Positions 27,241 to 35,747 of a stretch of DNA of 64,000 bases are shown in pieces. This DNA is from Candidatus Micrarchaeaceae archaeon (GTDB lineage: Archaea > Micrarchaeota > Micrarchaeia > Micrarchaeales > CABMGC01), in contig JAVYWZ010000001.1 in assembly GCA_038877255.1 (NCBI GenBank), forward strand, positions 7,661-71,660, read 5' to 3'. Position numbers and translations under genes: made by a program. Every line of letters starts with the position of its first letter. The first letter of the stretch is position 1. The notes beneath the pieces were generated by a model, which saw nothing but the letters and a program-made list of their open reading frames with translations, was not told the origin of the DNA and ran no database searches.

Positions 27241-28515
27241 TTGGTGAAAGAACTAAAGTTTGTAGATGTTGGCGAAGGCATAACAGAAGGCCATTTGCAG
27301 AAGTGGCTTGTCAAAGACGGCGACGAGGTAAAGGAAGACCAGCCCATAGCTATGATTGAAACAGACAAAGCAGTTGTAAGCGTGCCGGCACCGACCAATG
27401 GAAAGGTAAAGATAGTAGCTAAAGAGAACACAGACGTGCACATAGGAGATACGCTTGCGCTCATAGGCGAAGAAAACGAACTAAAAAATGCGGTTCCTTC
27501 TACTGGCGCATATGGCGAATCAGCTCAGCGGCAGCAGCAAACGCAGCAGGCTCCATCAAGCACTGCTGCAGAAGTGCCTAAGGCAAAGGCAGAAGCACAG
27601 GCAACTCAGCCACAAGTTCAAAAGGCTGAAATATTAGCCACGCCATCAGTAAGGAAGCTTGCAGAGCAGCTTAATGTGGACCTTTCATTAGTAACAGGCA
27701 CCGGACCGCACGGAAGAATCCTTGAGAATGACGTAAGGAGCTTCGCAGGCAAATCGCAGGCAAAGGCAACAATTCCAAAATTCTCCGAAGTCCTCGAGGG
27801 CCAGCACGAAGAAGAAATAGAGCGAGTGCCGCTGTCGCAAACAAGAAAGGCGATAGCAAGGAACATGGAGCTATCATGGACAATACCCAGGGCAACGCAC
27901 ATGGACCTGATTGACGCTACTGCGCTGTACGATGTGCTAACCAAGGAGAAGCCAAAGGCGCAAGAGGATTTTGGCGTTAAGCTCACATATACGCCGTTTA
28001 TAGTAAAGGCTGCAATAGAGGCACTCAAAGAAAACCCAAATTTCAACGCAAGCTACGACCACGAAAAGCTTGAGATTATTGTAAAGAAATATTTCAACAT
28101 AGGCCTTGCAGCAGAAGCGCCTGATGGCCTTAAAGTGGTAGTAGTCAAGAACGCAGATAAGAAAAGCATAATAGAGTTGGCAACAGAGATTGAGGTGCTT
28201 GCAAAGAAAGTCAAGGACCAGACGATAACTCTCGACGAGATGCGCGACAGCAGCTTCACAATAACTAATATAGGCAGCCTCGGCGGCGGTTTTCTTTCTG
28301 TGCCAATGATAAATTATCCTGATGTTGCAATACTTGGCATACACGCTGTGCGCGACTTCCCAGTTGTAGAAAACGGCATGGTCAAGATAGGCAAAATACT
28401 GCCTTTCTCGCTGGTGTTCGACCACAGAGTAGTAGACGGTGCAGAGGCAGTAAAGTTTGGCAACGCGCTCAAAAAGTACTTGGAAGATCCAGATTTTCTT
28501 GAGATGCTTAGCTAG
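27241..28515 (+). CDS. dihydrolipoamide acyltransferase E2
   Basis: Lipoyl domain 'MIETDKAVVSVPAP', an Ala/Pro/Gln linker, the subunit-binding domain 'ATPSVRKLAEQLNVDL', and the catalytic motif 'DHRVVDGAEA'. Confidence 0.92.
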   Translation: MVKELKFVDVGEGITEGHLQKWLVKDGDEVKEDQPIAMIETDKAVVSVPAPTNGKVKIVAKENTDVHIGDTLALIGEENELKNAVPSTGAYGESAQRQQQTQQAPSSTAAEVPKAKAEAQATQPQVQKAEILATPSVRKLAEQLNVDLSLVTGTGPHGRILENDVRSFAGKSQAKATIPKFSEVLEGQHEEEIERVPLSQTRKAIARNMELSWTIPRATHMDLIDATALYDVLTKEKPKAQEDFGVKLTYTPFIVKAAIEALKENPNFNASYDHEKLEIIVKKYFNIGLAAEAPDGLKVVVVKNADKKSIIELATEIEVLAKKVKDQTITLDEMRDSSFTITNIGSLGGGFLSVPMINYPDVAILGIHAVRDFPVVENGMVKIGKILPFSLVFDHRVVDGAEAVKFGNALKKYLEDPDFLEMLS

Positions 28516-28533
28516 CAGAAGCGGAGGAGTTAC

Positions 28534-29919
28534 ATGGTAATGGGATCGATACCTGAAGACGTTGATTTGGCAGTAATAGGCGCCGGCGTAGGCGGCTATG
28601 TCGCTGCGATAAGAGCAGCAGAGCTTGGCATGAACGTTGCTCTAGTAGAGAAGGAAAAGCTTGGCGGCCACTGCCTAAACTATGCATGCATACCTTCTAA
28701 GACACTGATAAACATTGCGGATACCTTCTACGCTTCAGCGCATTCCCAGAAATTTGGCATAAATGTAGAAAAGGCAAGCATTGACGCAAAGAAAATGTAC
28801 GAATGGCGCATGTCTGTTTCTAAAAAGCTTGAAGATGGAGTTGCTACGCTATGCAAATTGAACGGCATCGAAGCGATAAAAGCAGAAGCCACATTTATAT
28901 CGCCAAATACGCTTCAACTGACAAACGGCACATCATTGCAATTCAAGAATGCAGTAATAGCTACAGGCTCTGACCCTGCTGTTCTGCCAGGCTTTGAATT
29001 TAACAATGACAATATAATAGACTATAAGAAGGCGCTGATGCTGGACTATGTGCCTGAAAGCATGGCCATAATCGGCGCTGGCTACGTCGCAGTTGAAATC
29101 GGAACTCTATACGCAAAGCTTGGCACAAAGGTAGCAATAATAGCAAGGTCTGACGTTCTTTCAAAATTTGACAGGGATGCTGTGGCGATAATAAAAAAGA
29201 GGATGCAAGAACTGGGAATAAGCATCTATACTGGTTCTACTCCTTCTTCATTCGACGGCAAAATACTAAAGCTCAGCGATGGAAGCAAAATAGATGCGCA
29301 TCTTCTAGTTGTTTCTGTTGGGCTAACGCCATACACGAAAGGTTTAGGGTTAGAAAACACAAAAGTAACGCTTAATGAGAAGGGCTTCGTAAAAGTTGAT
29401 TCTTCGTTAAGAACTACAGACAATAATATTTTTGCAGTAGGCGATGTGATAGGCGAGCCAATGCTGGCGCATAAAGCAATAAGGCAGGGAGTTGTAGTAG
29501 CGGAAATAATAAAAGGCATTAGAAAGAGCTATGACAATTTAGTTGTACCATCTGTGATATTTTCAGACCCGGAAATAGCAATAGCAGGCAGCGTCGAAGA
29601 AAGAGAAGGAATAAAGGTAACAAAGTTCCCGCTCACTGCGCTTGGCAGGAGCATAGCGCTTGATACAACAAACGGCTTTGTCAAAATAGCCAACGATGAA
29701 AATGGAATAGTAAAAGGCGTAGAGATCGTTTCGCAGGATGCAAACGCAATGATCACAGAGGCGGCGCTCGCAATAGAGATGGGTGCTACTGTTGATGATA
29801 TAGCCTCTACGATACATCCGCATCCAACGTATAGCGAGGCTGTACAAGAAGCCGCAGAGGCTGCCTTAGGAAACCCAATACACTATTTCTACGGAAAGAG
29901 CCTAAAAGTAGGCGAATAA
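28534..29919 (+). CDS. lpdA: dihydrolipoamide dehydrogenase E3
   Basis: 'VIGAGVGGYVAA' FAD motif, the redox disulfide 'GGHCLNYACIPSK', and 'HPHPTYSE' near the C-terminus. Confidence 0.93.
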   Translation: MVMGSIPEDVDLAVIGAGVGGYVAAIRAAELGMNVALVEKEKLGGHCLNYACIPSKTLINIADTFYASAHSQKFGINVEKASIDAKKMYEWRMSVSKKLEDGVATLCKLNGIEAIKAEATFISPNTLQLTNGTSLQFKNAVIATGSDPAVLPGFEFNNDNIIDYKKALMLDYVPESMAIIGAGYVAVEIGTLYAKLGTKVAIIARSDVLSKFDRDAVAIIKKRMQELGISIYTGSTPSSFDGKILKLSDGSKIDAHLLVVSVGLTPYTKGLGLENTKVTLNEKGFVKVDSSLRTTDNNIFAVGDVIGEPMLAHKAIRQGVVVAEIIKGIRKSYDNLVVPSVIFSDPEIAIAGSVEEREGIKVTKFPLTALGRSIALDTTNGFVKIANDENGIVKGVEIVSQDANAMITEAALAIEMGATVDDIASTIHPHPTYSEAVQEAAEAALGNPIHYFYGKSLKVGE

Positions 29920-30657
29920 ATGCGCTATGAAGATTTTTCTGAAGAAGAGTATAAGACAAGTTATGGAAACATTTTTTATAGGCACAATAACGCAAGCGGA
30001 AGGTGCCTTGTGCTGCTTCACGGCCTAGGTGCAGATTCTAGAGTGTGGAAAAGATTTATTGAATACTTGCCAGAAAATATGCATGTTTTCGCGTTGGACC
30101 TGCTAGGCCATGGCAACTCTGAAAAGCCAAGAATAAACTACACGGTTGAAATGCAAGCAAATGCGATACGAGAATTTGTAAAAGCAAATTGCGATCATGC
30201 TGTGGTTTTTGGCCATTCATACGGCGGTTGGATAGCAGCATATTATGCCTATAAAGGATTTGAATGTGAAGGAATAGTGTTAGAAGACGCCGCTGGATTA
30301 GAGAGCAATTTTTACGACCTAAAGACCTCTAACAGATATGAAAATTACAAAGCAAGCCTGCTGAAGGCTGTGCTAATGCAGAACAACAATGAGAGATATG
30401 TTATTGAGAGCATAATAGACAATAGCGGAAAATGTGTTTTAACGCGGCAAATGCTTGATTCGATAAATAAGCCAGTGCTGATAATCTGGGGCACCAACGA
30501 CAATGTTATAGATGTAAAATACGCATACGAATTCAACAAGTTCGTAAGGAATTCAAAACTGATTTTAGTAAATGGCGCAAAGCACGACGCGCATTATACT
30601 AATGCAGAAGAGGTTGCAAATGCATTGATAGACTTTGGAAAAAGATTGCAGGCATAG
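29920..30657 (+). CDS. alpha/beta-fold hydrolase
   Basis: 'LVLLHGLGAD' and the nucleophile elbow 'GHSYGG'. Start overlaps the E3 stop (TAAATG). Confidence 0.75.
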   Translation: MRYEDFSEEEYKTSYGNIFYRHNNASGRCLVLLHGLGADSRVWKRFIEYLPENMHVFALDLLGHGNSEKPRINYTVEMQANAIREFVKANCDHAVVFGHSYGGWIAAYYAYKGFECEGIVLEDAAGLESNFYDLKTSNRYENYKASLLKAVLMQNNNERYVIESIIDNSGKCVLTRQMLDSINKPVLIIWGTNDNVIDVKYAYEFNKFVRNSKLILVNGAKHDAHYTNAEEVANALIDFGKRLQA

Positions 30658-31648
30658 ACCAATAGTTACAATTTTAAACACAGGGATTCTAAATCATTTT
30701 GGTGAGAGATTGTTTGATTATGAATACTGGGGAATAAACACACTTTCTATAAAAGAAAACATGGCGCTGGAGGAATACATGCTGAACCGTTCGGAGCAGA
30801 ACAAGGTTGCAACTGTCAGATTCTGGAATGTTAAAAAAGATTCAGTAGTGCTAAGTTATGGAGAAGACAAGAACAGCAACATAAAAAGGATAGATAGCAC
30901 GTTCGACTTGACTAGGCGCATAACAGGCGGCTCGCACGTGGAATTTGATAAAAATTGCATGGCTTATACCTTTACAACGCCAAGAGATGGCAGTTTCAAA
31001 CATTTTGATGAAATGAGAAAGTACTATGCAGAAAGGCTAGTTTCTGCGCTTTCTGATCTCGGTATTGATAATATATATGCGGATAACAAGGCCTCCACAA
31101 TAAACGTAAATGACAAAGTAATAGCAAGCCATGCTATGTTCTGGGGCGTTAAGAGTGCGCTCATGCATGGTCTAATACTAATAGATCACTATGATGTAGA
31201 CAGAATATATGCCAGAATGAGACTTAACGAAAGAAAAATAGGAAAGCACATTTACAGGGAATACGACGCGCTGAAAGAGGCGCCAGTAGCTAAAGAGATA
31301 ATCAAATTAGATGGCACTTATAGAAGCGAAAACGAGAAGCTTACATATATAAAGAATAAGATAGCAGACGCCATTCTTGCGACAGTAACAGAAGGCAGGC
31401 ATTCGCAAAAGCAAATAACCGATTCAATAGTGAAAGAAGCAAAATCGCTTGTAGAAAAAACACACGCGGGCCCTCTGTGGCTTGATGAAAGAGAACCGAC
31501 ATACACAGAAGAAAAGGTTGAGGCAATACCTGGTGAAGAACTCGCGGGCCCTTTGAAGAGAGAGTTAGGTTACTGCATGTATATAGCAGTAGACAATAAA
31601 GTATTCAAAAAGATGGCGTTACCTGCTGACGAAAAAAATCAGGTTTAA
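30635..31648 (+). CDS. lplA: lipoate-protein ligase A-like
   Basis: 'NMALEEYML', 'RRITGGSHVEFD' (compare RRxSGGGAVYHD) and 'NDKVIASHAMFWG' resemble LplA motifs. Adjacent to the lipoyl-dependent complex. The start is uncertain (TTG 30635; later TTG/ATG codons are possible). Confidence 0.65.
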   Translation: MEKDCRHRPIVTILNTGILNHFGERLFDYEYWGINTLSIKENMALEEYMLNRSEQNKVATVRFWNVKKDSVVLSYGEDKNSNIKRIDSTFDLTRRITGGSHVEFDKNCMAYTFTTPRDGSFKHFDEMRKYYAERLVSALSDLGIDNIYADNKASTINVNDKVIASHAMFWGVKSALMHGLILIDHYDVDRIYARMRLNERKIGKHIYREYDALKEAPVAKEIIKLDGTYRSENEKLTYIKNKIADAILATVTEGRHSQKQITDSIVKEAKSLVEKTHAGPLWLDEREPTYTEEKVEAIPGEELAGPLKRELGYCMYIAVDNKVFKKMALPADEKNQV

Positions 31649-31676
31649 AAGCAGAAGCAGAAGGCAATAGCTGCTT

Positions 31677-32177
31677 TTATACGCGCCTGCCCCTTCTGCC
31701 ACCCGGCCTTCTCGTGGTGTCAGTAGGTATAGGTGTTACATCTTCTATACTGCCTATCTTGAAACCGCTCCTTGCCAATGCCCTCACTACCGCCTGCGCA
31801 CCGGGCCCTGGCGTTTTTGCTCCGTGACCGCCAGGAGCGCGTATCTTTATGTTTATATGAGTTATGCCTTTTTCTATCGCTTCTGCAGCTACCTTGTATG
31901 CTGCTTGCATAGCAGCGTATGGCGATCCTTCTTCGCGGTCAGCGTTTACTATCATGCCACCACTGCCTACGGCAATGGTCTCTGCGCCTGTAAGATCAGT
32001 AAGCGTTATTATCGTGTCATTCTTAGAAGAATATATGTGAGCGACGCCCCAGCGAACACCTTTGGGCTTGTATTTTTCAGTTGCCTCTGCGACCTTTTCT
32101 TCAAATGAAACGATTTCGCCTTTTGCCTCTGCCTGCGGCTGCTTTGGTTCCTTTGGCTTTTTTCTTTTCTCGGCCAT
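31677..32177 (-). CDS. rps11: 30S ribosomal protein S11 (uS11)
   Basis: '[21 protein letters not shown]...[43 protein letters not shown]'. Confidence 0.95.
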   Translation of the reverse strand: MAEKRKKPKEPKQPQAEAKGEIVSFEEKVAEATEKYKPKGVRWGVAHIYSSKNDTIITLTDLTGAETIAVGSGGMIVNADREEGSPYAAMQAAYKVAAEAIEKGITHINIKIRAPGGHGAKTPGPGAQAVVRALARSGFKIGSIEDVTPIPTDTTRRPGGRRGRRV

Positions 32178-32779
32178 TAGCTCGCCTCTCCTGCAACTGC
32201 GCTATCTTGCACTTCGCCTTGTTCATGCTGCTGTTGCTGCTGTGCCGCTGTCGTTTCTGGCGCTTCTGGCGCTTCTTGCGTATTTGTTCCTTTTACTCCT
32301 GCGTTGATATCTATCGGCTTGTAATAGCTTATTGCGCTCTCCTCGCTCGTCTTTACCAGGTAGCCAGGTACAGTGACCTTCCTGCCGTTTATAGATATGA
32401 AGCCATGGGTTATCAACTGTCTGGCCTGTCTGAGCGTGCGCGCCATGCCTTTCTTCACAATCACGCTCTGAAGCCTTCTTGAAAGAAGTGAATCGACGTT
32501 TATGCTTAAAAGTTCGTCTAAAGTTGCGCTGCTACTAACAATGCCATAACTGGCAAGCCTTCTTATTATCTGCTTACCTGTTTCTTCGCTCTGCCTGCCT
32601 GCGAGTATCTCGCGAACATTCTTTCTTATGCGCCTTAACTCGCTCTCAGCAAGCCATTCCTCATGCATAGTCTTCAAGCCGTATTTCGCTTTTATATCGT
32701 GCTCTTGTGTTATTCTTGCATTGTTCCACATTATAGATGGCGCTTCGTATTTTTTCCTAAGCCGTCTAGGACTACCCAT
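32177..32779 (-). CDS. rps4: 30S ribosomal protein S4 (uS4)
   Basis: '[13 protein letters not shown]', and an S4 RNA-binding domain '[35 protein letters not shown]'. Gln/Ala-rich C-terminal tail. Confidence 0.93.
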   Translation of the reverse strand: MGSPRRLRKKYEAPSIMWNNARITQEHDIKAKYGLKTMHEEWLAESELRRIRKNVREILAGRQSEETGKQIIRRLASYGIVSSSATLDELLSINVDSLLSRRLQSVIVKKGMARTLRQARQLITHGFISINGRKVTVPGYLVKTSEESAISYYKPIDINAGVKGTNTQEAPEAPETTAAQQQQQHEQGEVQDSAVAGEAS

Positions 32780-32783
32780 TTGA

Positions 32784-33386
32784 TCACTTTGCTTGCTGTT
32801 CTGAAGCGGCAGTTGCTTTCGAAGCAGGCGCAGCGGCCTTCTTCTCGGCCTGCGCCGCTGTCTTCAGCGCTTCCTGGATCTTCTTCTTTGTAACGCCGAC
32901 GGTTTCACCAGTTCTTCCTGTTGAGCGCGTGCGCTGTCCACGGACCTTCTGCCCGAATTGGTGCCTGTAACCGCGCCAGGTCATTGCCTTTATTTCTCTA
33001 TCGATATCTTGTTTAATCCTTATTATCAGATCAGTTCCTATAAAATTCAGATCTTTGCCAGTATCAGGATCTTTCCTGTGATTGACCATAAAACCAGGTA
33101 TGCCAAAGCTTACAGGGTCCTTAAGAAGCTCCTCTAGCTTGTGTAACTGCTCTTCGCTTAGGCTGCCTATGCTCACGTGCCTGTCTATGCTTAATTTTTC
33201 ATTTGCCACTTTTGCAATTGCATTTGACAGGTTGTAGCCCATGCCTTTAATTGCGTCGATCGCACGAGGAATGTTATAGCTTGCGTCTATGTCTTTGCCT
33301 GCGATTCTCACTATATTTATCGCTTGCGCTCCCTGTTGTTTCTGCGGCTTCTGCCTTTGCTCACGTTCTGACTTTTCGTCTACCAT
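32784..33386 (-). CDS. rps13: 30S ribosomal protein S13 (uS13)
   Basis: 'IVRIAGKDIDASYNIPRAIDAIKGMGYNLSNAI...WRGYRHQFGQKVRGQRTRSTGR'. Confidence 0.93.
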   Translation of the reverse strand: MVDEKSEREQRQKPQKQQGAQAINIVRIAGKDIDASYNIPRAIDAIKGMGYNLSNAIAKVANEKLSIDRHVSIGSLSEEQLHKLEELLKDPVSFGIPGFMVNHRKDPDTGKDLNFIGTDLIIRIKQDIDREIKAMTWRGYRHQFGQKVRGQRTRSTGRTGETVGVTKKKIQEALKTAAQAEKKAAAPASKATAASEQQAK

Positions 33387-33620
33387 TAAAACACTGAAAT
33401 AGAATTCATAAAGTATTTAAGCAGTTTATATTTATATGACACTGGTTTTTATACCTTTTCTAGGAACTTGCCCGCACCTCGTTATTGAGTCGACCGTGTT
33501 GGCTTCCTTGCTGAGAATGGGTGATGTTGATAATGTTGAGGTTCAAGCTCAGAAATCGCGCTAACGGCACATATATTTCTTATAAAGATACAGCATTCCT
33601 CTATATGACATAGATAAGCA

Positions 33621-33695
33621 TGGGCCCGGAGCGATTCGGACGCTCGACCTACGGCTTATAAGACCGCCGCTCTAACCATACTGAGCTACGAGCCC
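33621..33695 (-). tRNA. tRNA-Ile, anticodon UAU
   Basis: Hand-folded cloverleaf: GGGCTCG/TA/GCTC-AGTATGGTTA-GAGC/G/GCGGT-CTTATAA-GCCGT/AGGTC/GAGCG-TCCGAAT-CGCTC/CGGGCCC/A. The 7-bp acceptor stem has one G.U. U33, anticodon TAT, A37. No encoded CCA. Confidence 0.85.
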
Positions 33696-33742
33696 AAACA
33701 AAGCATTATTATTTGAAAAGTATATATATAAATTTGATTTGC

Positions 33743-35044
33743 ATGGATTTAGGCGAAGGATTAAGGCACGCAATTGCGAAGATAACCGGAGCTACGCTCA
33801 TCGATGCAAAGACAATGAAAGAATTTAGCAAGGAGCTACAGAAAACGCTAATAAGTGCGGATGTAGACTTGGATCTTGTTCTTGAGCTTACAAAGAAGCT
33901 TGAAGACGCAGCGCTTAAGGAACGTTTGCCAAGCGGTGTGAGTGCAAAGGAATATGTAATAGACATGCTCTACAAAGAGCTCGTCAACATGCTTGGCGGC
34001 TCTGCGTATGCGCCTGAGCTTGCACCAAAGAAAATACTGCTTGTCGGTTTATATGGTTCAGGCAAAACTACAACAGCCGCAAAGCTCGCAAAGTATTACC
34101 AAGACCGCGGGCTCGGGAGCGCGCTCATAGCATGCGATGTCTCAAGACCTGCTGCTTACGAACAGCTTGAAACGCTTGCAAAGCAAGCAGGCGTTGGCTT
34201 TTTTGGAATAAGAGACGAAACCAATGTCAAAAAGATACTCAATAGCGCTGCAAAGGAGCTTAAGGGCAAGAAAGTAATTATCTGCGACACAAGTGGCAGA
34301 AATGCTCTTGACAGCAAATTGCTAGACGAACTAAAAGCGATAAATGCAGAGTTCAAGCCTGACGAGCGCTTGCTGGTTATAAACGCGGACACGGGCCAAA
34401 TAGCTGGCAAGCAGGCAAGCGAATTTGATAAAGCAATAAGATTAACAGGTGTGATTGTCACAAAACTAGACGGCTCAGGAAAGGGTGGAGGTGCGTTGAG
34501 CGCTGTGCATGCATCTAATGCGCGAATAACATTCATAGGAACAGGGGAGAAGCTGGATGCACTTGAGCCATATAGCGCGGAGAAATTCGTCGGCAGGCTT
34601 CTTGGCATCCCTGATATTTCATCGCTAGTTGAAAAGGTAAACAATGCGATAAAGGAAGCCAACATAAAGCCCGAAGAGGTTGACACCGAAGAGCTTAACT
34701 TCAACACGTTTTATGTACAACTAAAGACAATGGGCAAGATGGGCCCGCTTAAAAGCATAGCAAGCAGCCTGGGCCTTGTCGACGTTCCGAAAGACGTTAT
34801 GGACCAGAGCGAAGAGAAGTTAAAGAAGTACAAAGCCATCATAGATTCGATGACGCCTGAAGAGCGCGACGATGAAAAGCTAATTGGCAATGCAAGCAGA
34901 ATAAAACGCATAGCAAAGGGCAGCGGGGTAACAGAACAAGACGTTCGCAGGCTTCTCAGTGATTTCAACAAGATGAAAAAGCTATTCAATACTTTCAAGA
35001 AAGATAGGACAGTGCGCAAGAAGTTTTCCGGAATGCTTTCGTGA
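33743..35044 (+). CDS. srp54: signal recognition particle protein SRP54
   Basis: 'VGLYGSGKTTTAAKLA', 'ICDTSGR', 'VIVTKLDGSGKGGGALS', and a Met-rich M domain. ATG at 33743 fits the usual N-terminus. Confidence 0.95.
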   Translation: MDLGEGLRHAIAKITGATLIDAKTMKEFSKELQKTLISADVDLDLVLELTKKLEDAALKERLPSGVSAKEYVIDMLYKELVNMLGGSAYAPELAPKKILLVGLYGSGKTTTAAKLAKYYQDRGLGSALIACDVSRPAAYEQLETLAKQAGVGFFGIRDETNVKKILNSAAKELKGKKVIICDTSGRNALDSKLLDELKAINAEFKPDERLLVINADTGQIAGKQASEFDKAIRLTGVIVTKLDGSGKGGGALSAVHASNARITFIGTGEKLDALEPYSAEKFVGRLLGIPDISSLVEKVNNAIKEANIKPEEVDTEELNFNTFYVQLKTMGKMGPLKSIASSLGLVDVPKDVMDQSEEKLKKYKAIIDSMTPEERDDEKLIGNASRIKRIAKGSGVTEQDVRRLLSDFNKMKKLFNTFKKDRTVRKKFSGMLS

Positions 35045-35344
35045 TTTTGTGAGGTACACAATAAAAAACAAAGCAAATATTAATATTAATATTAAAATTA
35101 AAAGCGACCAAATCAATCAGCATAAGCTTGTAGTTAAATCACGTCAAAATATCAATCACTATTAAATAATTATTCGTGCATTTGTAAAACCATAGTGAGA
35201 AAATGGCAAAGAAGAAGGGAGCGAAGAAGAAGAAGAAATAGATAAAAGAATTTTTGGATTGTTTTGTTTCTTTTTTCTTCGCTTCCTGTCCTGTTTCTTT
35301 TTATTATCGCTGTGTGCTTAGCTTTTTAGCATATACTTTTTACG

Positions 35345-35429
35345 TGGACTCCGCGGGATTTTCATTTGCATTTTGAACCCGCAACCTCCTGCATGCCATG
35401 CAGGCGCGCTACCGTTGCGCTAGGAGCCC
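35345..35429 (-). tRNA. tRNA-Ala (GGC) with a 13-nt insertion (putative non-canonical intron) in the T-loop
   Basis: GGGCTCC/TA/GCGC-AACGGTA-GCGC/G/CCTGC-ATGGCAT-GCAGG/AGGTT/GCGGG-[TTCAAAATGCAAATGAAAAT]-CCCGC/GGAGTCC/A. The G3:U70 Ala identity pair is present. The T-loop is 20 nt instead of 7, and removing 13 nt restores TTCAAAT. Confidence 0.6.
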
Positions 35430-35450
35430 ACTCTCAAGAATATTGTTTAA

Positions 35451-35678
35451 TCATGAAGACGGGGCAAGGAAAAAGATGTTGCCGCCCCTCAGCAGTATGG
35501 TGCCGAGCTTTGCCTTAGCTGTGCCGTTAGCATCTAGCTCTTCAGAGTTCTCTATCACCATGTTCATATGCATGTCAAAAGAGACAAGCTTGCCCCTTAT
35601 GCTCACGCCATTCTTCAGCCTGACAAGTATACTTTGACCGACAGACTTATTCAATAAATCAAAAGGTCTTTCTTGCAT
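35451..35678 (-). CDS. Sm-like archaeal protein (SmAP/LSm)
   Basis: 'LLNKSVGQSILVRLKNGVSIRGKLVSFDMHMNMVIENSEEL...LGTILLRGGNIFFL' (Sm1 and Sm2 motifs). ATG at 35678. Confidence 0.9.
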   Translation of the reverse strand: MQERPFDLLNKSVGQSILVRLKNGVSIRGKLVSFDMHMNMVIENSEELDANGTAKAKLGTILLRGGNIFFLAPSS

Positions 35679-35747
35679 CAAACCACTGCAAACAGCAGAA
35701 TATACGCAAAACATTTAAAAAAGGTTACTACCGCCGCACAGCGTTGC

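Noticed and set aside
25395-28425. Long antisense ORFs opposite the dehydrogenase genes (e.g. 25851-26561, 236 codons; 27937-28425)
   Set aside because: The sense strand carries unmistakable E1/E2 motifs. The antisense products are Cys/Phe/Tyr-rich, low-information frames typical of AT-leaning genomes.
33470-33580. Possible 5S rRNA on the minus strand, because 'gccgttagcgcg' and 'cacccattctcagcaaggaagccaac' resemble 5S loop A and helix III/loop C motifs
   Set aside because: The spacing is wrong: about 40 AT-rich nt sit where about 12 are expected. No helix II partner is present, and the 3' domain is ~30 nt instead of ~45. I cannot fold it as 5S, though another small RNA remains possible.
35203-35241. 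Mini-ORF MAKKKGAKKKKK as a ribosomal L41e-like or other basic micro-protein
   Set aside because: It is too short and too compositionally trivial. It does not resemble L41e and is more simply one arm of a purine/pyrimidine inverted repeat.
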